From the NCBI GenBank assembly GCA_021800105.1, contig JAJYZI010000002.1, positions 1,390 to 65,389 of the forward strand: a stretch of 64,000 nucleotides of DNA, in the 5' to 3' direction. Position 1 is the first letter of the stretch, and each line of letters begins with the position of its first letter. Both the position numbers and the translations under genes were made by a program. Shown here in pieces: positions 55,957 through 64,000 of this stretch. Under the pieces are notes generated by a model. That model saw only the letters and a list, made by a program, of their open reading frames with translations, made no database searches and was not told the DNA's origin. This stretch comes from Thermoplasmata archaeon. Its GTDB lineage: Archaea > Thermoplasmatota > Thermoplasmata > Thermoplasmatales > Thermoplasmataceae.

Positions 55957-57648
55957 TAATGCTATGGTAAGGGCCACCACGGCAACGATTGAGTATTTTG
56001 CCCGCTTCAGTGACTTAAAGACATTAGTCAGGAGCTTCTCGAACATGTTCTCTTCGCCCATGGAAACCGTAACATTGGATGAACCAATTCCTGCTCTGCA
56101 GGGCTCAACATTCTTAATAGCAGTGTCAATGGATTTCGCTATGAGGTCAGATATCATGGGAATATCGTCACGTTCGCCAAGAGGGTTCATGTCAAGCGTG
56201 CTCTGATTTACAAAATGATTGTCGGTGGTAAAAATATCAAGGTAAGCGACCTTTCCTGCAACCTTTTCCTCTGCTACGGCCATGAGCTCGTCCTTTATGT
56301 TGTTGGAATCTGTGAGTACGATTGCCTGGTCCTTGTCCCCTACCCTGAAGACCAGTGTCTGAATGCCCATGGGACCCAGCCCCGGACTCTTTGCAGTAAG
56401 GTGTGAGTATCCAACCATAAGATCGAACTTCGGGATGTCTCTGTTGAATTCTCTTTCAAACGTCTTTGAATGCGTCTCACAGTCATCGAGAGCCTTTGCC
56501 CTGTAAGAAAAATGGTTCTGAGCGTCCACGACAGCGAAGTCATACGCACCTGCTGCTACTACCCTCTCAGTTATCTTAAGGCCTTCCGGCAGGCTTACAT
56601 CATCAAATCTTTCCCGTTCGGGTATGACGGATCCTACCCCAAAGTCACCGATCCTCAGCAGTGAAAGGGATATCCTGCCGCTCTTGATTTTCCTTAATCG
56701 TGCGATCTTGTCGCTGTAGTGCATTTCTTCAAGCGATTTCCGCACTCCTTCGGCCAGGTTGTCAACATCGGCATCCGAAGCACAGTTGTTGCTGTTTGTC
56801 GTTGATGTGTGGAAAACCATTGTTTCCTGTGAAATATCGGATGTCCTGGAATATAATTTGAATGGGAGATTACTTGTGCCGATCTCGCCAAAAGGACCGG
56901 GATGTACATAAGGAAAGACGAGAAGTACCTTTCTCTTCCCCTCCATGTTATCGATGCTTATCACCTTGACTGGGACCTCCCTTTTCGTACCGTATAGGTT
57001 TGAAAAAAATATGTGGCCTGCAGACTGATCCTCTTCCGAGTGAATGTTAAGAAAGAAGTTGAGTATCTTGATCGGGCTAAGGCCAAATTCTTTCCTGAAT
57101 TTCCTGATTGAGTAATATGCAAAAGCCAGGCCGCCAAAAGAAAAGATCGCGGCAGAGAGGATGGTCCCAACGAGCACCCTCGGGGTGTAAGAAATTAAGG
57201 AAAATATGAGGAGAGAGATCAGAGAATAAAGCATCGCAGGCAATATAACAAGCTGGATCTTCTCAGAATAGTAGACGTAGAAGACCATGGATCGCATAAG
57301 CGCCGTCGCTGAAACTGCCATTGCGGCTAGCACCACAGGGGATGATGACCTGAATATGACGGAAAGGATAAGAAAGTAGGTGTTGAAAATGAAGAATGAG
57401 GTAAAATCAAGGAAATATATTCTTCGTCGAGGGAAATTGAATCTTGCAAGTGAAACAAAAACCTGGTCTGCCAGGATTATGAGGAGAATAGGTATTATGA
57501 AAAATTCGACAATCAGCGTCATGCTCTTTATCGTAAGATAGTCGAGAAGGAGGTACAGGAGAATTGGCGGCAAATAGGTTAACAGCTTTGGGGATCGCTT
57601 TAGGAATCTTGAAAGATCTGCAAATGTGTGATTAGAGGAATTTTCCAT
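55921..57648 (-). CDS. DUF2070-like archaeal membrane protein
   Basis: 575 aa. It has an N-terminal block of about 6 TM helices, a large soluble domain and a C-terminal TM helix, an architecture and size matching DUF2070/COG3356 as I recall them. Confidence 0.45.
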   Translation of the reverse strand: MENSSNHTFADLSRFLKRSPKLLTYLPPILLYLLLDYLTIKSMTLIVEFFIIPILLIILADQVFVSLARFNFPRRRIYFLDFTSFFIFNTYFLILSVIFRSSSPVVLAAMAVSATALMRSMVFYVYYSEKIQLVILPAMLYSLISLLIFSLISYTPRVLVGTILSAAIFSFGGLAFAYYSIRKFRKEFGLSPIKILNFFLNIHSEEDQSAGHIFFSNLYGTKREVPVKVISIDNMEGKRKVLLVFPYVHPGPFGEIGTSNLPFKLYSRTSDISQETMVFHTSTTNSNNCASDADVDNLAEGVRKSLEEMHYSDKIARLRKIKSGRISLSLLRIGDFGVGSVIPERERFDDVSLPEGLKITERVVAAGAYDFAVVDAQNHFSYRAKALDDCETHSKTFEREFNRDIPKFDLMVGYSHLTAKSPGLGPMGIQTLVFRVGDKDQAIVLTDSNNIKDELMAVAEEKVAGKVAYLDIFTTDNHFVNQSTLDMNPLGERDDIPMISDLIAKSIDTAIKNVEPCRAGIGSSNVTVSMGEENMFEKLLTNVFKSLKRAKYSIVAVVALTIALSFIAFNLPFLP

Positions 57649-57690
57649 TTGGTTTTTCGTTAACCCATATAAGCAATGTATTAATTTCTT

Positions 57691-58734
57691 TTATGATACC
57701 AGCCTAATCACCCTGAATCTCTCGTACCCGTACAGAACGCGAATGAAGTCCGGAAATTGTGCACCTGGCATATATGCGTAGAGGCAGGAAAGACCAGATA
57801 GCTTCTCCGGACTCGATACTACAAGTAAATTTTCAAATCCTATTTTCCCAATCACACGCCATGTGATCTGCCTGTTTCCATGGCCGAACAAAAAACCCTG
57901 CCCTCCCAGCGGCGACATTATAAGTTGGATACCCCTGCTTCCATCTATGGCAAGGATGTCGGCTTCAGAAGCATCGGATTTGACAAGGGATTTTCCCAAG
58001 TATATGTCAATGCCCAGCGGGTCCGCATCATATCCGAGGACATGCTCGATCGACTTGCAAGTAGATCCTGTTCCGAATATGTAATATGTATTCTCTTCCA
58101 TGTTCCCTGTGACGAATTCGACTATGCCGTCAATCCCCTGAGAAGCATACTCAGTCTTTCCCCCCTGCAAGATCATCTGACTGGATATTCCAAGTACAGT
58201 TCCATAGTTCATTATTTCCCTGTTCTCGTCCAGGTCAAGTATATCCATCTGTGCTGTGACAATATCGCTAGAAAGGATAGAATTAACTGCAATAGCTGCC
58301 TTTTCAGGGTTTATGGCATAGACACCGCTGTACATTTTAAGCCCGGCTGGCACTCCCAGCACTGGTATGTTTTTGGCTATCCATCTCTGGATACATCTTG
58401 CGGTGCCGTCTCCTCCAACAAAGACTAGCAGGTCGCATTCCTCGCTTGAGAGCGAATGCACAAATATCTCCGTATCCTTTTCTGAGGTTGGCCAGTCGGA
58501 TACCTTTACTGTCCTTCCAATGCTGCAGTGATGCGCCACTGCAAGATCATAACCCATTATGCCCGATGGCACAGTGAACGTTATCTTGGACAGATCCAGG
58601 CCGTTCAGGAAAATATCCGCGGCTCTTAGTGATATGGATTTCTCCCGGTCGAAGTCGCTTATGCCGGTCGTGTCCTTAAGGTTTGAATAGAAACCGTAGC
58701 CCGCTATCGGATTTATCAGGAGTGCTAACTTCAT
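57691..58734 (-). CDS. ATP-NAD kinase-like protein (COG3199 type)
   Basis: LLVFVGGDGTA (GGDGT) diacylglycerol/NAD-kinase fold motif. 347 aa. Confidence 0.65.
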   Translation of the reverse strand: MKLALLINPIAGYGFYSNLKDTTGISDFDREKSISLRAADIFLNGLDLSKITFTVPSGIMGYDLAVAHHCSIGRTVKVSDWPTSEKDTEIFVHSLSSEECDLLVFVGGDGTARCIQRWIAKNIPVLGVPAGLKMYSGVYAINPEKAAIAVNSILSSDIVTAQMDILDLDENREIMNYGTVLGISSQMILQGGKTEYASQGIDGIVEFVTGNMEENTYYIFGTGSTCKSIEHVLGYDADPLGIDIYLGKSLVKSDASEADILAIDGSRGIQLIMSPLGGQGFLFGHGNRQITWRVIGKIGFENLLVVSSPEKLSGLSCLYAYMPGAQFPDFIRVLYGYERFRVIRLVS

Positions 58735-58742
58735 TTGTCCTC

Positions 58743-60461
58743 CTAAGATAGAGTTATTACTGCTATTGCAGCGTTATAGCTGGATGTCATTGCCACAATT
58801 TCCCAGTTTCCAACCTTCGTAATGGCGGTAAATGAAAGAAGCATAGGATTTCCAGATTTTACAATGAACGGACTGCTTAGTATTTCAGTAGGCCCCGTGT
58901 ACTGGAGCGTGAGGTTCTCCAAGCTCACGGAGTATGAAAAGTTGTCAGGAGCAAATGAGAAAAGCGTAATGTTCTTCTCACCTATTGAGCTGTATAGGAA
59001 GCTCATGTTGACCGGGTCCTTGTGGCTTCCCTTTAACATAAGTGGGTTGGAGTCAGAGAATGAGAGCTGCTTGCTCTCGTTGACAGAAAGGACAGTAATC
59101 TCGGTCGATTGGACTGCGGAACCCGAATATGCCGTTATATTATAGTGATAATATCCCGTGGAGCTGAGGGATCCTGTATCTAGAAGAATCCTGAAAACAG
59201 CTGATCCCCCGGCGGAGATGGAAGAGGAATTGGAGGAGATGGTGAAGCCGGTGGAAGGTGAGACAGAAAATGCAGGCGCAAGGACTGCACCCGAAAGATC
59301 ACTAATCCTGATGTTTACCGAAATGTTCGCGTTTGTCCCGTTCACTATAACATACGAGTCCTGGTAAGGAGTCATTGAAAAGTTGGAAGGCGAGATGTGG
59401 AATGGAATTGGGACAATCCCACCTATAATGAAGAAAAGGACCAGGAGGATGATTGCCTTGTTCTTCCTGCTGAGCCCACGTAATGAATAGAGGGCGCTTG
59501 GACCTTGCAGGCCGATAAGTAGTGCGAATATTACGAGTATGAACCAAGATGCGTACACTAATGAAAGCCCGATGAGTGCCACGATGGAGGCATAACTCAG
59601 CACCCGGGAATAATTGGGCGATATGGAAGAGAATATCAACCCGCCGTCAAGGTAGCCAAGCGGCAGGGCATTGAAAGAGTTCATGACGATTCCAACCCAA
59701 CCCGCATATGAAAGAAGGTTCAAGGCAACAGATTGCGGGACTAATCTTGACAGCACTAGAGAAAAGAACAGTGGAAGACTCAGCTTTGTTATTGGTGTGC
59801 TGACACTGGGTGCATAGCTGCTGATTCCGGGAAGCACAAATAAGCCCACAAGCAAGAAAAAGGTTGATACACCAAAGCCGAAGACCAGAGGATATACGCC
59901 GGATTTAAGCATGGACTTCCTTGAAACAAATGCCTGCTTCTGGCTTATCACCGACCCAATGATTCCAACGCCGATCGGATCCGGCAGTATTATTGGAAAA
60001 GAGTAGTGCATGCCATCAGTCTTCATGGCGATGTATCGTCCTGTCTCCCTGGCTAGAATTATGACGATTATCGGTGATACGAAAAAAACCGCAGCATAGC
60101 TCAGAAGATACGCAAAATTAGATGAATGACTGTACGCCAGTTCATATTCATAGCCGACATAGAATGTTGAGATGATAGCTGCGAGTGCGAGAATTGCCTT
60201 AATCCTCAAGGAAAATGGTCCGGTTCTTGTCCTTTCCACTTTCCTTGAAACATAAATCCTTGATGATCCCTCAGGGCCGGTGAATATGTCAAAACCGTAC
60301 CTGGATGCTCTCGCATGCAGTTCGCGAAATGCATCAATATCCATTTCTGATGGATTCTTCAGCACTATGACGGCCGAATCCGCCTCAAGGTCTTCTGTGC
60401 TGAAGGAAGTCAGGGATGAAGCTTCCCTGAGGAATTCCCTGATATCATTTTCCTTTTCCAT
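58743..60461 (-). CDS. M50 (site-2 protease)-like membrane protein with a degenerate active site and a C-terminal extracellular domain
   Basis: ..ILARETGRYIAMKTDGMHYSFPIILPDPIGVGIIGSVIS.. aligns to the HExGHY..A...G....P.F.P.....G..GA.I block of archaeal M50 proteases, but HExxH is RETGR. The NALPLGYLDGG (NxxPxxxLDG) motif is retained. It ends in a Ser/Asn-rich domain of about 220 aa. Confidence 0.65.
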   Translation of the reverse strand: MEKENDIREFLREASSLTSFSTEDLEADSAVIVLKNPSEMDIDAFRELHARASRYGFDIFTGPEGSSRIYVSRKVERTRTGPFSLRIKAILALAAIISTFYVGYEYELAYSHSSNFAYLLSYAAVFFVSPIIVIILARETGRYIAMKTDGMHYSFPIILPDPIGVGIIGSVISQKQAFVSRKSMLKSGVYPLVFGFGVSTFFLLVGLFVLPGISSYAPSVSTPITKLSLPLFFSLVLSRLVPQSVALNLLSYAGWVGIVMNSFNALPLGYLDGGLIFSSISPNYSRVLSYASIVALIGLSLVYASWFILVIFALLIGLQGPSALYSLRGLSRKNKAIILLVLFFIIGGIVPIPFHISPSNFSMTPYQDSYVIVNGTNANISVNIRISDLSGAVLAPAFSVSPSTGFTISSNSSSISAGGSAVFRILLDTGSLSSTGYYHYNITAYSGSAVQSTEITVLSVNESKQLSFSDSNPLMLKGSHKDPVNMSFLYSSIGEKNITLFSFAPDNFSYSVSLENLTLQYTGPTEILSSPFIVKSGNPMLLSFTAITKVGNWEIVAMTSSYNAAIAVITLS

Positions 60462-63126
60462 TTAAGTTTCCGGTGCATTTATCTAAAATCATCCTAATTA
60501 ACTTATTATTATCAAGATCGGATCTGAAGCTGGCCATGAATCTATTTCCCTGAACATCGAAAACTGCAGGCACAAGTGACTTTGAAAGTTCTAGTGCGCT
60601 ACCGGAAGGGTTAAACATTACAAATTTGGCAAGCTCTCCACGAACCTCGCGAAGAAGCATTATTTCCCCGTGGTTTGAAGCCGCTATTTTCCCCAGCAGC
60701 TTTATCTCTTCATCATCCGGATCTCCCACTATCAATCGCAATGTGACTCCATCCCCCTTATTAATCACGCTTCTCCCCATGTATTCATTGACATAGCGCT
60801 TCCTTAAGGAATCAATATCCTTCTTCAGGTCCACGGATCTTGCTCTCTCTTTCAGGAAAGCTGTCTCCATGTTGTCTGGATCTGTACCAAGTTGCGTCAT
60901 TATAGTTCTTGAGCCAAAATGTATCTTCTCTACATATCTCAGAGCAGCCTGGCCGGCAGCGAATATAATTCTCTGTATTCCTTCCTGGATGGTCTCTGCC
61001 CTGATTATCTTGAGGAATCCTATCTCGCTTATATTATCAAGATGGGTTCCACCGCATCCCTCGGCGTCTACATCCTGTATCTCAACTACACGAAGTTTGC
61101 TGTCGAGCGGAACCCCGCCCTGGAATAACCGGAATCCAAACTGATCAAGGGCTTTGTACCAGTCTATGTTTCTCACTATAATCTTCCTGCTCTCGGTAAT
61201 AAGTTCGAGGCATCTCCTCTCTATCTCTGCTATCTGCTCGTCGGTAAGCTTCGAAAAGTGCGTTATATCTATTCTTGATTCATCCACTCCCTTCTGTGCT
61301 CCTGCCTGCCAGACGTGGTCGCCGAGCACTGACCTTGTCGTTGCCAGCAGAAGGTGAGTGGCGGAGTGATGAACCATCAGGCTCCTACGCCTGGATGCAT
61401 CTACATGACCTCTTACTCTTGCCTTTTCAGGGAGATCCTCGCTCACATGATGTATGACAGTATGCCCTTTCCTCTCGACATAGCTGACCTGGATCTTTCG
61501 CGGACCGTATTCAATATAGCCAAGGTCGCATGGCTGCCCTCCACCTTCAGGGTAGAATGCGGTCTGGTTAAGCACCAGCAGGCCGTTTCTCGAATAGAGA
61601 ACAAGCCCTGTGAAGTCCATGAGGCGTGTATCGTCGTAATAAAGCATTCTCGTGTCGAAGTCATCAATGCTTACCTTTTCCTTTCTTGCAGACCTATCCT
61701 CGTGCATAGAAAGAATCAGCTTATGGAAGTCCTTCGGTATGATTGCACGGCCGCCCTTGCTTTCTGCAATGCGTTCTATGGTTTCCGGATCTAGACCATG
61801 CGAATCATATAGATAAGCAACGTCCTTCTCCGATATTGTGCTGCTCTTTGACAAGTAGCGGGATATGACTGCCTCTCCGTTGCTGAGCGCAGTTTCATAC
61901 TTTGCGGCTTCCTCGTTTACGGCTTTAACGATGAAATCCCAAGGCACATCAGGCAATATATTCGAAAAGTTCCTTTTTTGTATCTCAAGAACGGGGATGA
62001 TGAGATCCTTGCCGCCGATTATAGAAAGATTCCTCAGAGTTCTTCTTATCAGTATCCTTGCAAGATAGCCTACCTTGACATTAGATGGAATGACATAGTC
62101 AGCAAGCATGAAGAGGATTGATCTTGTGTGATCGGCGATTGTGTATACCGCCTTGGCTTCCCTTGCCCTTCTTGCTATGTCCTCCTTCGTATACTTTTCA
62201 ATAAGATGTGGCGCATTTTCCAATAACCTTGCCGGTATTTCGTTTGCGTTGATTCCAGGTTCCTGGATATATGCCTCCGTGATCAGGTGCATAAGGCGGG
62301 GATCAATGTCCTCAAGATGGCACCTGTCAAGCAGGAACCTGATGATTTCTGGATAAAGTGGTTCATAAATCGTGCTTGTGCCGTACGATAGCCAGGAAAG
62401 TCTTTCCAGCCCATATCCAGTGTCCACGATCTGCATGTCCATCCGGGAGTACTTCAACCCATCTATCTCCACGGGTCCCTCAGCGTCCTCCTTCATATCC
62501 ATGAAGACGAGCGTGGCAACCTCCAATCCGCCGACAAAGACTTCCAGCGCATCTCCGCCATTTCCCCCCCCACTCCATGGCTTTTCCTTGTATGTAATAA
62601 GATCAGGTTTCACACCCATGGCTTTAGTGAGAAATTCAAAAGACCTGGAGACGGTGCCATCGATCCAGTATACCTTTTTTTTGCTGCTGTTGAAGGAGTC
62701 ATGGCACATCATCTCGAAGCTGGTAAGGTGTCTGCCGGTTTCTCCAACGAGATCTACATCCAGCATCCTTATGCTTGGCTGTGACATAACAATGGGATTT
62801 GCAGGAGGCTTTACGATGCCGGATGTCACATGGGGCTGGAAATCGTATATTGAGGCGTTAACAAGCAATACGTCCTCGCGCCACCTTGGTACGACAGGAT
62901 ATGGCTTCAGGAAAGTATGATCCTCTTTGAAGAAGTTGATAAAAAGATCTCTCATCTCATTGTGATCATACCTGTTGTTTGTAAGTCTTCGACCAATGAA
63001 AGAGTAACTGTCACATGAAGTGTCACCGCATGTAACCCTGTCTTTCTGCAAGGTCCAGAAATATTCCCCGCATTTGACGCATTTCTTCCTATCAAACTTC
63101 AATGAGGATAAAAACTGAATTTCCAT
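60445..63126 (-). CDS. alaS: Alanine--tRNA ligase (archaeal type)
   Basis: N-terminal zinc-ribbon-like ..RKKCVKCGEYFWT.., the editing-domain motif HHSATHLL....H plus CGGTH, and archaeal length. I chose the start at Met10 (63126). Confidence 0.9.
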   Translation of the reverse strand: MEIQFLSSLKFDRKKCVKCGEYFWTLQKDRVTCGDTSCDSYSFIGRRLTNNRYDHNEMRDLFINFFKEDHTFLKPYPVVPRWREDVLLVNASIYDFQPHVTSGIVKPPANPIVMSQPSIRMLDVDLVGETGRHLTSFEMMCHDSFNSSKKKVYWIDGTVSRSFEFLTKAMGVKPDLITYKEKPWSGGGNGGDALEVFVGGLEVATLVFMDMKEDAEGPVEIDGLKYSRMDMQIVDTGYGLERLSWLSYGTSTIYEPLYPEIIRFLLDRCHLEDIDPRLMHLITEAYIQEPGINANEIPARLLENAPHLIEKYTKEDIARRAREAKAVYTIADHTRSILFMLADYVIPSNVKVGYLARILIRRTLRNLSIIGGKDLIIPVLEIQKRNFSNILPDVPWDFIVKAVNEEAAKYETALSNGEAVISRYLSKSSTISEKDVAYLYDSHGLDPETIERIAESKGGRAIIPKDFHKLILSMHEDRSARKEKVSIDDFDTRMLYYDDTRLMDFTGLVLYSRNGLLVLNQTAFYPEGGGQPCDLGYIEYGPRKIQVSYVERKGHTVIHHVSEDLPEKARVRGHVDASRRRSLMVHHSATHLLLATTRSVLGDHVWQAGAQKGVDESRIDITHFSKLTDEQIAEIERRCLELITESRKIIVRNIDWYKALDQFGFRLFQGGVPLDSKLRVVEIQDVDAEGCGGTHLDNISEIGFLKIIRAETIQEGIQRIIFAAGQAALRYVEKIHFGSRTIMTQLGTDPDNMETAFLKERARSVDLKKDIDSLRKRYVNEYMGRSVINKGDGVTLRLIVGDPDDEEIKLLGKIAASNHGEIMLLREVRGELAKFVMFNPSGSALELSKSLVPAVFDVQGNRFMASFRSDLDNNKLIRMILDKCTGNLNGKGK

Positions 63127-63193
63127 AGGACGACACCTGTCTGCTATTCCCATACGTTATGAGACTCTACTAAAAAATGATATCGAGAGAGTC

Positions 63194-63838
63194 TCATCTC
63201 TCTAGATATAAAAGATAGTTGGCCTGATCATACGGCGAAAGGTTATATCGCCTCACGACGCTGAATTCCTTCAGGCCAGAAAGCGCCTCTGAGAGTATAT
63301 CTTTTTCGTTGAGCCTTGACGAAATTGATCTTGTCTTGATTATGAGTATGGCCTTTTTCACTTCTGGAAATTTATCCGCATTTGCGTTGAAAATCTGCAC
63401 TTGGTTTCTCTGTGCAATGTCCTGGTATATGAGATCAGGTTTCTCCACGAAAAATGAGTATCTTTCCGGTATATTTGCATCCTCAAGGATCGGTATGATG
63501 TTTTTTCTTTTCTCTGCAAGAGACAATAGTTTATAGAAAGACTCAAATGACACCTCCACAGCGAATATTTTACCGTTGATGCATATATCCGATAGGTAAC
63601 TTACAGTTGTGCCGGTAGATGCACCGAGATAGAGGACGCTGCTGTCGGCATTGAGGGGCATGACATCCATTCCCTTCATTATGGCGGCAGCCAGCTTGCT
63701 TCGTTTAGGGTCCCAGTGCCTTGCCCTCTTCCCCATATAAGATATTATTTTTTCGCCAAAAACAGGTTTGCCGTATTCTGTCAGCGTATACAGGTCTCCG
63801 CCAATACGAATGATTCTTTCCAAGTCTTTTCCGTTCAA
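63194..63838 (-). CDS. flpA: Fibrillarin-like rRNA/tRNA 2'-O-methyltransferase
   Basis: ..WDPKRSKLAAAI.. and SAM motif VLYLGASTGTTVSYLSD, ..IFAVE.S.. and ..DIAQ.NQ.. TTG start. Confidence 0.9.
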   Translation of the reverse strand: MNGKDLERIIRIGGDLYTLTEYGKPVFGEKIISYMGKRARHWDPKRSKLAAAIMKGMDVMPLNADSSVLYLGASTGTTVSYLSDICINGKIFAVEVSFESFYKLLSLAEKRKNIIPILEDANIPERYSFFVEKPDLIYQDIAQRNQVQIFNANADKFPEVKKAILIIKTRSISSRLNEKDILSEALSGLKEFSVVRRYNLSPYDQANYLLYLER

Positions 63839-63913
63839 TGCTGACTTGATTCAAAAGAGGCTATAACGTTTTGTTGCCGTTAAACAATATAAGCTAAGAG
63901 AGCATTTCTAGTC

Positions 63914-64000
63914 ATGTATTGCGAGATGTGCGGGAAGAATGTGCCGAAGACACAGAAGGTCCTGGTCGAGGGCACCGTGCTGATGCTATGCGACTCATGC
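63914..64000 (+). CDS. Archaeal MBF1-like protein, N-terminal zinc-ribbon part (truncated by the window end)
   Basis: MYCEMCGKNVPKTQKVLVEGTVLMLCDSC has the CxxC...CxxC ribbon arrangement of archaeal multiprotein-bridging-factor homologues. Only 29 codons are visible. Confidence 0.4.
   Translation, partial: MYCEMCGKNVPKTQKVLVEGTVLMLCDSC

Noticed and set aside
1-64000. Looked for CRISPR arrays, IS/transposase genes, integrases, rRNA genes, inteins in large proteins (Lon, AlaRS, SdhA) and long DNA-level repeats.
   Set aside because: None was seen. There are no regularly spaced direct repeats and no transposase- or integrase-like ORFs. Protein lengths are normal for intein-free versions.

Overview
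This 64 kb window is a gene-dense stretch of archaeal chromosome, about 60 genes with many 4-20 nt overlaps and frequent GTG/TTG starts. All calls rest on reading the supplied ORF translations and the DNA by eye; no searches were run. Starts are the least certain coordinates, and homology assignments are motif recognition only.

**Lineage.** The archaeal markers are TATA-binding protein, fibrillarin, membrane-bound LonB, diphthine synthase, Cgi121 and an archaeal-type AlaRS. Tricorn protease, futalosine-type radical-SAM genes and a Rieske/cytochrome b pair point to a Thermoplasmatales-like acidophile. This lineage call is an inference.

**Core metabolism and information processing.** These include glyA, tbp, truD, pdxS, the sdhABC(D) operon, eno, aroC, alaS, flpA, lon, dCMP deaminase and tRNA-Val(UAC).

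**Accessory-looking segments:**
- 1-5.4 kb holds a mercury/metal cluster: a stand-alone HMA protein, MerA, DUF302 and a membrane protein with an HX4DH motif. Interleaved are a VapBC-like toxin-antitoxin pair with a perfect 22-bp palindromic operator, DUF1801, an HPP membrane protein and about 0.5 kb of apparently decayed coding sequence.
- 17.5-28 kb holds an unusual five-gene Opp/Dpp-type ABC operon, described below.
- 29.7-31.6 kb and 39.9-42.5 kb hold two small glycosylation clusters.

**Most unusual observations:**
- The ABC operon has a 1440-aa binding protein that is sequon-rich and anchored at both ends. It ends in Ig-like modules and three tandem repeats of about 78 aa.
- The DppC-like permease of the same operon carries an insertion of about 500 aa, probably a beta-propeller, in its first outside loop.
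- An M50/site-2-protease homologue has its HExxH motif replaced by RETGR while the NxxPxxxLDG motif is kept. It is tightly chained alaS -> pseudo-M50 -> NAD-kinase-like -> DUF2070.
- The single SDH membrane anchor has clustered Cys/His residues.
- A DUF92/COG1836 gene has a conserved N-terminal region lying upstream of any canonical start codon, next to an ATG that is one base out of frame.

No CRISPR array, IS element, rRNA or prophage was seen.
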